From NCBI GenBank assembly GCA_000092065.1, contig CP000584.1: a stretch of DNA of 64,000 bases; one strand, given 5' to 3'. Made by a program: the position numbers and the translations under genes. This DNA is from Ostreococcus lucimarinus. Its lineage: Eukaryota. Shown in pieces: positions 50,399 to 59,329 of the stretch. The notes under the pieces were generated by a model. The model saw only the letters and a program-made list of their open reading frames with translations. It did not search any database and had not been told where the DNA came from. How positions within the stretch are numbered: the stretch's first letter is position 1; every line of letters starts with the position of its first letter.

Positions 50399-52369
50399 AT
50401 GCAAAGCCAAGTTGTCCCCAGTCCTCACCTCGCGAACATGCGATCGCGCGCGTCGCCGTCGTCGCGCGTCGCCGCACCGCGCGCGTCGGCGAAGCGCCAC
50501 CGCGACGTTCGACGCACCGACGCGCGCGCGTCGCGCGCGTCGGCGCCGGCGCCGCGCGACGACGATGAAGACGTCGACGCGTCGACGTTCGATGCGTCGA
50601 CGTTCGACGCGTCGCGTCGCGCGCTGCTCGCGCTCGCCGCGTCGACGACGACGGTGATGGTCGGTGCGGACGTCGCGCGCGCGTCGCCCGTGCGGGCGTC
50701 GATGCGGATGGCGGATCGAGGGCCGGTGGCGCGCGCGGCGCCGCGACCGCCGTGCGGGCCGGGATACGCGACGCTGCGCGACGCGGGAACGTATCGAGGA
50801 TTGGCCACGGTCGATCGCGAGGGACGCGGTCTGCGAGGGTTGTTGCCACCGAACGTCGTCGAGGACGACGTGGAGGTGCGCCGGGCGAGGGAAGCGCTCG
50901 GGCAGTGCGACGGCGCGTTCGAGTCGTACAAGCAGTTGGTGGCGCTGCAGACGACGGACGAGCGGACTTTTTATAAATTGTTGCGATCGGACACCGAGCG
51001 GTTGCTGCCGCTGTTGTACACGCCCACGGTCGGCGAGGCGTGTCTGAGATTCGGGACGCTGATACAACGACCGATGGGGGTGTGGGTAAGCTCGGACGAC
51101 GCGGGGAACGTGCGGGAATTGATGCGCAATTGGCCGCGCGACGACGTGAAAATCGCCGTGATCACGGATGGGGAGAGAATTTTAGGGCTCGGAGATCAAG
51201 GAGCGAACGGGATGGGAATTAGCGCGGGAAAGAGCATGGTGTACGCCGCATGTGGAGTGCCGCCGAGTGCGCTGTTGCCGATTCAGATTGACACCGGTAC
51301 AAACAACAAGACGTTGCTCGACGATCCGTTGTACATCGGGCTCAAACGCGAGCGCGACCGCTCCCAGGCCTACGACGCGCTCTTGGATGAAGTCGTCGTT
51401 TCGATTCGCGAGCGATTCGGTCCGAACACGATCATACACTGGGAAGACTTCGCGCCGAGGAACGCGTTCAGGGTATTGAAAAAGTATTACTCCGCGCCCG
51501 ATGTCGTGACGTACAATGACGACATCCAAGGCACCGCAGCGGTTACGGTGAGCGGGATATTGGCGTCGGTGCGAGCGCTAGAGAGAGGTGGTGACGTCAC
51601 TCAGCAGCGCGTATTGTTCTTTGGCGCTGGACAGGCGAATATCGGCGCCGCTGAACTCTTCGTCCTCGCGTTGACGAAGCGCGGCGTCGCGGAAGCCGAC
51701 GCTAGGAAACGGGTGTGGCTGTTTGATTCAAAAGGCCTCGTCGTGCGCTCGCGCGCGTCGCAGCTGAGTGATGACAAATTGCCTTTTGCACAAGACGCGA
51801 GGGAGGAAACTGACCTCGCATCAGCGATCGAAAGCATCAAGCCGACGGTGTTGGTCGGCGCCGCCGCGGTGCCCGGGGCGTTTACTCAAAAAGTCGTCAA
51901 GTCGATGAGCAAACTCAACGACCAACCGATCATTTTCGCGCTCTCCAACCCGACGTCCAAGGCTGAGTGCACCGCCGAGCAGGCGTACGCGTGGAGCAAC
52001 GGCCGAGCGATATTCGCGAGCGGCACCCGATTTCCGCCGGTGCGATTCTCGGCTGAAAAGACGTTCGCCCCCGGATTCGCCAACAACGCCTTCATCTTCC
52101 CACCCATCGCCCTCGCCACCATCGTCAGCGGCGCGAAACAAGTCACTCCAGACATGTTTCTCACCGCCGCCGAAGCCTTGGCCGAATCCGTCGACGCCAA
52201 CCTCTTCGCCGTCGGCGCCGTCTACCCGCCCGTCGATCGCATCGCCTCCTCCGCCGTCGCCGTCGCCGCGCGCGTCGCTCGCGCCGTCGACCCATCCATC
52301 GATCTCGACACCTGGCGCGCCCGCGTCCAGGACTACATCGCATCCAACGATTTATTCGATAGCCTGTAA
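50399..52369 (+). CDS. NAD(P)-dependent malic enzyme
   Basis: 'LYTPTVGEAC', 'GLGDQGANGMGISAGKSMVYAACGGV', 'FNDDIQGTAAVTVSGILASV', 'VLFFGAGQANIGAAEL'. ~135-aa Arg/Ser/Ala-rich N-terminal extension (organellar presequence-like). Start uncertain: ATG 50399 lies only 7 bp after the ABCG stop. Confidence 0.85.
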   Translation: MQSQVVPSPHLANMRSRASPSSRVAAPRASAKRHRDVRRTDARASRASAPAPRDDDEDVDASTFDASTFDASRRALLALAASTTTVMVGADVARASPVRASMRMADRGPVARAAPRPPCGPGYATLRDAGTYRGLATVDREGRGLRGLLPPNVVEDDVEVRRAREALGQCDGAFESYKQLVALQTTDERTFYKLLRSDTERLLPLLYTPTVGEACLRFGTLIQRPMGVWVSSDDAGNVRELMRNWPRDDVKIAVITDGERILGLGDQGANGMGISAGKSMVYAACGVPPSALLPIQIDTGTNNKTLLDDPLYIGLKRERDRSQAYDALLDEVVVSIRERFGPNTIIHWEDFAPRNAFRVLKKYYSAPDVVTYNDDIQGTAAVTVSGILASVRALERGGDVTQQRVLFFGAGQANIGAAELFVLALTKRGVAEADARKRVWLFDSKGLVVRSRASQLSDDKLPFAQDAREETDLASAIESIKPTVLVGAAAVPGAFTQKVVKSMSKLNDQPIIFALSNPTSKAECTAEQAYAWSNGRAIFASGTRFPPVRFSAEKTFAPGFANNAFIFPPIALATIVSGAKQVTPDMFLTAAEALAESVDANLFAVGAVYPPVDRIASSAVAVAARVARAVDPSIDLDTWRARVQDYIASNDLFDSL

Positions 52370-52522
52370 TCGTGCTTTCGCGCTCGCGTTCTCCCCTCGC
52401 CCTTCGTCGACGCGCGTCCCGTCCCGCTCGCGGGTTATCCACTCACTCCGGTCGCCATCGACGTCGCGTCCAAGCCGCGTCGCGCCGCACTTCACCGCGC
52501 GTTCGCGACCGGCGCGGCGACG

Positions 52523-52545
52523 ATGCGCGCGGGACCGCGCGCGAC

Positions 52546-52584
<39 letters not shown>

Positions 52585-54169
52585 GCGGCGTCGGCGCGCG
52601 CGCGTCGACGCGACGCCGAGCCCGCGCGGCGACGTCGACGCGAGCTCGAGCGCGCGCGAGCGCGCGACGGCGCGCGACGACGGCGTCGTGCGCACGCGCG
52701 TCGTGCGCGAGCGAGGGAGCGAGACGCCGAGAGAGGCGCGCGCGAGCGCGAGCGCGGAGGGGAGGAGGACGACGAATCGCGAGGCGCCGCGCGGCGCGAC
52801 GGGCGGCGGCGCGCGAGCGCGACGACGACGCGCGACGACGACGAAGGAGACGCGCGATGGCGTCGTCGACGCGACGATGACGACAGAAGGCGCGCCAGGG
52901 AGCGAACGCGGCGCTGGAGGGAGGGATCGACAGACGAAGAAGGAACGCGCGAGGACGCGCTGGGCGGACGCGCGGTCGCGAGCGAGAGGGACGTCGATGG
53001 GTCAAGATGAACGTATGAGCGTCGAGGACGAGCGAAATCTCGGGCGGGCGATACAGGCGTTGTTGCGAATCGAGCGCGAGGCGGAGATTTTGCGAGATGA
53101 GGCGGCGGCGACGAGGATTCAAGCGACGGAGGCGCTGGGCGCGGTCGAGGCGTTGGCGCTGCGAGAGAAAGCGGCCAAGCAGTCCAAGCGTCTGTTCGAA
53201 GACACGCTCGCGTTGCGATTAGAGTACGACAGCCCGGCGGCGATGAGAGCTGCGGAGCGCGAGGGGAAGATGGCGCGGAAGAGGCTCGTGACGGCGAACA
53301 TGGCCTTTGCAGCGAGCATCGCGCGAAAGCTGTACGATAGAATTCCCGCCATGGAAAAGGCGGGGATGAGTAGGCAAGACATGGTTCACGAGGGCGCCAC
53401 CGGTCTCGTTCGCGCGAGTGAGCTATTCGATCCTTCAAAAGGATTCAGATTCACGACGTACGCTCACGCATGGGTTCGTCAGGCCATCGTACGCGGCGTG
53501 CACGCCAACGGCAGAACGATTCGCGTCCCTTCGCACGCTCACGTTCTCAAGAAGGCGGCTTACGAAAAGCAGCTCGAGATGCAAAGCGAACTCGGTCGCA
53601 GCGCGACGAAAGAAGAAATTGCCGACTCTTCGTCGCGCTTCACCGTGGAGATGCTGGAGAAGTTCAAGGATTTGAGCATGGATCCTCTCAGCCTGGACGC
53701 GAACGCCTCGCAGGAAACGGACGAACTCGATCTCGCAAGCCCCGACGACGCCGCCGAACTCGGTCCATCCGATGCCGTGGCGCGGGAGATTGAGAGGGAT
53801 TTCCTTCGAAACGAGATCAGAGCGAGTTTGGACCGACTACCCGCGCCGCAAGCGTACGTCCTCCGACGCCGTTTCGGTCTCATCGGCGACGGTCCGATGA
53901 CGCTCGCCGAAATCGGCGCCGCGCTCAACAAGACCGGTGAAGGTGTCCGCTACCTCGAGAAGAAAGCGCTCGAAAACCTCAAACGACAAGATGGTATCAC
54001 TGTCGATGGCGTCACCGTCTCGCTCGCACAGCATTTGGATACGTCCAACGACGCGAGGGCGTCGATGGCGACGGCGCCCGCGAAACCAAAACGCAGACGC
54101 GCCAAGACCAAGACCACGACGATCGCGCCGTCCGCGCTCGATCTCGTGCGCTCGATCGATTTAGCATAG
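52523..54169 (+). CDS. sigma-70-type RNA polymerase sigma factor (nuclear-encoded, plastid)
   Basis: Region 2 'MVHEGATGLVRASELFDPSKGFRFTTYAHAWVRQAIVRGV'. Region 3/4 'LTLAEIGAALNKTGEGVRYLEKKALENLKR'. Low-complexity Arg-rich N-terminus with (GV)5 from a (ggcgtc)5 microsatellite at ~52552-52582. Confidence 0.8.
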
Positions 54170-54314
54170 CATAGATGGTCTCGCTCGGAGCGCTTCGAGC
54201 TGAGACGCGCAACACATAGTCCATTTTTTTAACGCATTCTTCGCAGAGCCGCGCGCGCTCGCAAAACAACCGACGAGTGGATAACAACCTCCTCATTCCC
54301 ACACACGCGTTCCC

Positions 54315-54866
54315 ATGCGCGTCCTCGCCGTCGCGCCCGCGGTCGGGCCCGCGCGCGCGACGAAGGCGTCCGCGCCGACGCGCCGCGCCGCGCTCGCGAT
54401 GTTCCTCGCCCCCTCGCTCACCGTCGTCGCTCGAAACGACGCCGCGATGGCGAAGACTGATTACGAAACCGACGCCAAAGCCGTGCTCGACGCGCAGCGC
54501 AAGCTTCTGCGCGACGGCAAGGGCGACGCGTACGCGACGTACCGCAAAGCCGCGGACGAGTTTTTCGCGACGTACAAGTTTGATCACAAAGGACACACGA
54601 ATTCGTTTTCGCAGACGACGAACCTGGACGTCATCGTCGAGACGCAGCGCGAATATTTAGACGCGAAGGGATTGAAGTGGGATAAAACGCAAGTACCACC
54701 GTCGAGCAGTAACAAAGGAGCGATGCTCGATGCGTATCTGGCGAACGGAGAGCGATGCTTGGTGAAGGAGGCGTACCCGCCTTTTGGCGAGATTCGCAAA
54801 GACGAGTCGATGCTCGCTGAATGGAAGGCGATCGAGTGCACGCAAGGTTTGGTGAAGCCGAAGTAG
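54315..54866 (+). CDS. putative thylakoid-lumen protein with twin-arginine signal
   Basis: 'ATKASAPTRRAALAMFLAPSLTVVARNDAAMA|KTDYE' contains an RR motif, hydrophobic core and AxA cleavage site. Mature ~130-aa helical Lys-rich domain of unknown function. Confidence 0.5.
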   Translation: MRVLAVAPAVGPARATKASAPTRRAALAMFLAPSLTVVARNDAAMAKTDYETDAKAVLDAQRKLLRDGKGDAYATYRKAADEFFATYKFDHKGHTNSFSQTTNLDVIVETQREYLDAKGLKWDKTQVPPSSSNKGAMLDAYLANGERCLVKEAYPPFGEIRKDESMLAEWKAIECTQGLVKPK

Positions 54867-54919
54867 GAAAAAGACACATGTTTGTTATCGTACATAGTTT
54901 GTGTCGATCTATATCATCG

Positions 54920-55876
54920 TCACACGTGACGCTTGTCACCCTTGCTCGCCGCGGACTTTTTCGCGTTCTCCGCGTTGTACACCGGGAGGCGGATGTCGTA
55001 CGTGTCCGCCGCCACGCGAAGACCGATACCTGCGCTTACGCCCGCGATGATCCGCAAAGACGGCGGCGCACCGGCTTGACGCGCGATGATGTACGCCAAC
55101 GCCCCGGTGGCGGCGGTCGTGGCGTAGATATCGGCGTACGAGTGAAAGATTCTCGTTGGCCGTTGAACTAAAATATCGCGCACGATGCCCCCAAACGTAG
55201 CCGTCATAATTCCGCACAACACCTGCGCAATCATAGGTACGCCCGCGCGTATGCCATTTTGCGTGCCGATGACGCAAAAAGCCCCGACTCCCAACGCATC
55301 GCTCGCCTCGATCCAATAATCATCATCGGTAAATCCAAACTGTTTCTTCGCGCTCTCCCAGCCGCAAAACGTCGCCAACGCCGTGCCCGCCGCGATCCAC
55401 AAGTACTCCTGCTCCTCCATCCAAAACGCCCGCCGTCCTTGACCGAGCAAAATATCTCTCACCGTACCCCCGCCCACCGCGGTGATGGTGCCGACCGCGG
55501 TGCATCCGAACGCGTCCATCCCGCTCGCCGCCGCGAGCAGGCTCCCCGTCATCGCGAACGAGCTCGTGCCAAAGTAATCCGCCAACCGTAGCGCGCCTGG
55601 GACGGTGAAGTTCGGATAGCGAGGCATACCGTCTGGATGTACCGTAGGGGCGCCCACCTGCGCATCCGCGGCGAACGAGCGCGCGTGCGCGCGCGTCCGC
55701 GGTCGTGTGTTCGCGAGCGATGACTTCACGCGTCCCGACGCGTCGAAAGATTTGCACGCGCCCGTGTTGAGCGACGCGCGCGCCGTGGACACCGCCGACG
55801 CGGAAGCAGATGACGCGAACGATGCGCGAGCGAATCCCGCGGACGCGAGGTCAGCGAGACGCTTGCGAGTGGACAT
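54920..55876 (-). CDS. UPF0126 (YadS/glycine-transporter-like, TRIC-related) membrane protein
   Basis: Duplicated 'GTITAVGGGTVRDILLG' / 'CGIMTATFGGIVRDILV' motifs within two 3-TM repeats. Ser/Ala-rich ~70-aa presequence. Confidence 0.7.
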   Translation of the reverse strand: MSTRKRLADLASAGFARASFASSASASAVSTARASLNTGACKSFDASGRVKSSLANTRPRTRAHARSFAADAQVGAPTVHPDGMPRYPNFTVPGALRLADYFGTSSFAMTGSLLAAASGMDAFGCTAVGTITAVGGGTVRDILLGQGRRAFWMEEQEYLWIAAGTALATFCGWESAKKQFGFTDDDYWIEASDALGVGAFCVIGTQNGIRAGVPMIAQVLCGIMTATFGGIVRDILVQRPTRIFHSYADIYATTAATGALAYIIARQAGAPPSLRIIAGVSAGIGLRVAADTYDIRLPVYNAENAKKSAASKGDKRHV

Positions 55877-56069
55877 GACGAGCGGCGCTGTGCGGGCGGG
55901 ACGGGGCCAGCGCGAACGAACGACGCGAACGCGATCGGATTCGACAAGGCAAGATGCGCGCTATGGCGGTGATTAAATCAATTCTAGCGAAATAAATGTC
56001 AACGGTCGTGCGCACGCAGCGGCGAGAATCGAGCCTCGCGATTCAATAGGCGTGAAACGTTATTACGTT

Positions 56070-56636
56070 TCACGCCTCGTCCACGTTGACGCCGAGCAAG
56101 GTCACCTTGAAGAACACGTCCGCTCCCGCGAAGGGGTGATTGGCGTCCAAAACAACTTTCTCGGCGTCCATCGCGCGCACCACCGCGGGTTGCCCGTTGA
56201 CGAGAGTCACCGTCAATCCTTCGACCAAACCTCCCTTATCCGACCACTCGGCGCGCAAGCGCGCGATTTCCTCGTGATTCGCCGGCACGCTAAATAACAA
56301 GTTCGGATCGTAATCACCCCCGCTCGCGCTCACCACCGCACTATTTCCAACGTTCAGCTTCCGCACCGCCTCATCGAACGCCTTAAACAGCGGATTTCCC
56401 ATGACGTCGCTCGCGCCGACCTCAAACGTCACCGCCTCCGTCGCCGCCGCGTCTTGCAAAACCTCCCCTTCCCCAGTCTCCACGCCGAACTGAATCTTCA
56501 CGATGTCACCGGTCACGGGAAACCCTTCGCTCGCGTCCGCGCGCGCGTCTTCGTGCACGCTCATGCGCGTGGCGAAGCCCTTTTGACCTTTTCGCACGTC
56601 TTGGAGAATGGTGCCGATGAAATCGACGTCAGGCAT
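56070..56636 (-). CDS. FKBP-type peptidyl-prolyl cis-trans isomerase (SlyD/FkpB-like)
   Basis: From ATG 'MPDVDFIG'. 'VTGDIVKIQFGVETGEGEV...VVLDANHPFAGADVFFKVTLLGV' matches SlyD-type FKBP with IF-domain insert. Upstream part of the ORF-track ORF (GTG start) overlaps the GLTP gene on the other strand and is rejected. Confidence 0.7.
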   Translation of the reverse strand: MPDVDFIGTILQDVRKGQKGFATRMSVHEDARADASEGFPVTGDIVKIQFGVETGEGEVLQDAAATEAVTFEVGASDVMGNPLFKAFDEAVRKLNVGNSAVVSASGGDYDPNLLFSVPANHEEIARLRAEWSDKGGLVEGLTVTLVNGQPAVVRAMDAEKVVLDANHPFAGADVFFKVTLLGVNVDEA

Positions 56637-56775
56637 CTCAAACGTCTCGTCCTCCGCGCTCGCGCGACGCCGCGCCGCGCGCCCGCGCGCCGACGCCGCG
56701 CGCATCGAGCGCTTCCCCGTCGTCGTCGCGCGCGGCGCCCGGACGCGCGCGGCGCTCGACGTCGTCGTCGCGAAC

Positions 56776-57423
56776 ATGCCGAGCGTCGAGCAGTGCGGCC
56801 TCGCGCGGCAGAGCGCGCCTCGCGGCGGCATGCCGTCGCGCGTGGCGCGCGTCATCGACGCGCTCGACGCGCTCGACGCCGACGTCGAGTTCACGCGCCC
56901 CGGGGACGTGGACGCCGCGCGGTTTTGCGACGTCATGGATGCCATGCTCGAAGTCATCGCCGCGCTCGGCTTCGCGTTCGAGCTCGCGAAGGCGGACGTA
57001 TCGAAGAACGTGCGACGGATTCGAGACGTGGTTCGGGCGCGCGGCGAGGCGCGGGCGTCGCTGTTCGAGGCGATCGCGCGCGACCGCGAGGCGGGCGGAC
57101 GGGTCTGGGTGCCGGCGCTCTGGTTGCGGCGGTTCGGCGGCTTCGTCGTGGGTTTGCTCGGGGAACTCACGCGAGACGCGAGCTTGGATCTCCGGACGTG
57201 CGGGGCGAGGTCGTACGAGCGCGCGCTGAAGCCGTATCACGGGTTCGCGTTGCGAGGGGTTTTCGCGGCGGCGTTGGCGATGCCGCCGAGCAGAGCGCAG
57301 TTCTGCGCTGTGGCTGGGAGCGAGGAGGAGATGCGCGCGTGTGTGGCGAAGTTTGCGCCCGTCATGGACGCGCTCGACGGATTCTTAACGGCGGAAGGGT
57401 TGAACGACCCGACTCCGGTGTAA
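56776..57423 (+). CDS. glycolipid transfer protein (GLTP/ACD11 fold)
   Basis: 'SYERALKPYHGFALRGVFAAALAMPPSRAQF' aligns with GLTP 'AYEMALKKYHGWIVQKIFQAALYAAPYKSDF'. Upstream 'DVDAARFCDVMDAMLEVIAALGFAFELAKADVSKNV' matches the sugar-headgroup-binding helices. Confidence 0.75.
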   Translation: MPSVEQCGLARQSAPRGGMPSRVARVIDALDALDADVEFTRPGDVDAARFCDVMDAMLEVIAALGFAFELAKADVSKNVRRIRDVVRARGEARASLFEAIARDREAGGRVWVPALWLRRFGGFVVGLLGELTRDASLDLRTCGARSYERALKPYHGFALRGVFAAALAMPPSRAQFCAVAGSEEEMRACVAKFAPVMDALDGFLTAEGLNDPTPV

Positions 57424-57497
57424 AATATTTGCGCTCAAAGCGCGTTAGAGTAGAAGTGTATTTGAAGAGCGGAACGTTTGGTTCGATTGCAAGGATT

Positions 57498-58999
57498 TTA
57501 ATCATCCATAGTGTTGTACATGGAGAAGTCTGGCATCGATGCCGATGATACCAGACCCTTCTTCATTTTTCGCATAGATGGCGGCGCGCGCAAGCCCTTG
57601 TCAAGGCCAAGCTCAGCGATTTTATCGCGTTCTTCTTCGGCTTCGCGTGCGTCGTCGTCGTCCGACTGGCCCGCGGCTTCTCGAATCTTTGATAAATCCG
57701 GCACAGAGCTAACCTTGACGAACTTGCCCTTGACTCGCGGGCGGTTGTCAGCGCATGCTTTGCGCGATTGATACCGAATCACCTTGTTGAAGTTTCGATT
57801 CTTCCTCTTTTCCTTCCATCGTTTCAATCGCTCGAGACGCGTCTGCGGCTGCGGTAACCCGGCGTACGTATCCGATCCCGAAGGTGGGCCTTCTGGAATC
57901 GAGCGTAACGCGTCAGCCATCGCAGAATGTCCATTCGCATCCCCTGCGCCGCTCGATGCGACCGTCTGATTGTCCAAATCGCTCTCGGGTTCGCGTTTGA
58001 CAGCCACCGCGCTCAGCTTCCCCGCGAGAGATTCAAAACCCATATCGCTAGACTCAGGCGATGGCGAGCCGAACGCGCCGTACGATGGATTCAATTCTAA
58101 AAACCGCACCGCAGAATCGTCCAAAATTGGACCTAAAAAGCCGCTCGACGAGGCATACTCGCCGACCCGACGTAACGCCTCGATTTCGCTCTTCGACATC
58201 CCCACCGAGTCGCTATACTTGCTTCCCGATCGCTCCCCGTCGATTTCTCGATTCACCACCCCATCCTTCGCCGCATCTTCATCATCGAGCGGGTCCCTCA
58301 AGAAGCTCTCCGGATCGATCCCATCAGCGTCAAGCTCGCCCAAATTCTCGTCCCAAAACGCTCCGTCCAACGTTTCCACCGGAAACGACGACGACGGCAT
58401 CATGGGATTACTCAAATACTCATCGCATATCCCGATCACATCATCCGTCGTCACCTCAACGTCATCGCCGTCGCCGTACGCATCGCTCATCCGTCTCGAA
58501 TCCGCATCCTCCGCGCCGTGCGCGCCGACCCCTCGCCCGTTCGTCCCGAGCGCCGTGCGCTCGTGCTTACTCGCGATCGCGTTCGCCGCGTGCACGCGCG
58601 CATCGCACGCATCGCACAGGTACGCCTGCGTCACCGTCGTTCGCACCACCGTCAGTCGTCGCGCGCGTCTTCGCGCGCGCTTTCGTCGCCGCGCGTCGTC
58701 CGAACGTCCCCGTTCGTCGTCGTCGTCTTATCGTTATCCGAAGCGCCATCCTCTCCGACCGCGCCTCGCCGCCGCGCGTCGCGCGCGCGCGTCCCGCGCG
58801 TCGTCGACGCGTCGCGAGCGCGTCGTCTCCCGGTCACCGCGCGCGCCGTCGCGCGCACCTCGTCCTGCGCGCAGTACCAACTCGCCGCGCGCCGCGCGCC
58901 TTCGGGACACGATTCGCACGCGGCGCCCGTCGCGTCGCGCGTCGCGTCCTCGGCGCGCGCGCGATCGGACGCGCTCGCGCGCGCGTCGCTCGGCGCCAT
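57498..58999 (-). CDS. CONSTANS-like B-box / CCT-domain protein; two exons (58859-58999, 57498-58625)
   Basis: Exon 1 'MAPS...CESCPEGARRAASWYCAQDE' and exon 2 'AYLCDACDARVHAANAIASKHERTAL' together reconstitute one B-box (compare CO 'CTVYCRADSAYLCAGCDARIHAAN...HERV'). C-terminal CCT domain 'RLERLKRWKEKRKNRNFNKVIRYQSRKACADNRPRVKGKFVK'. Confidence 0.8.
58626..58858 (-). other. spliceosomal intron (GT-AG, 233 nt) splitting the B-box
   Basis: Donor GTGCGCGCGACG after GAC GAG; branch GACGACTGACGGTGG; acceptor GTGACGCAG before GCG TAC CTG TGC. Confidence 0.75.
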
Positions 59000-59329
59000 G
59001 CGTCGCGCGAGCGCCGTGCGCGCGCGTGTGCGCGGCGCGCGCGGCGCGCGCGCGCGTAACGACTCGAGACCCGGGAGTCGGGCATCGGCGCGCGGTCCGA
59101 CCGACCGCCGAGCCGAGTCATCAACTCAATCCATCGCGGCGAACCAGGATGCGCCGCCTGCACTCGTCGCCGCGCGCGCCGACGCCGACGAAGCGTAGCG
59201 AACGTCGTGAACGTCGTTAACGTCGCGCTCCGCGCCCCCGCGCGCCGTCGTCGCGGCCCCGGTTCGACGTCGCGACGCGCGACGCGCGCGAACAGTTGAC
59301 GGTTAAGAAAAAGTCGCGCTTTGGCGGCG

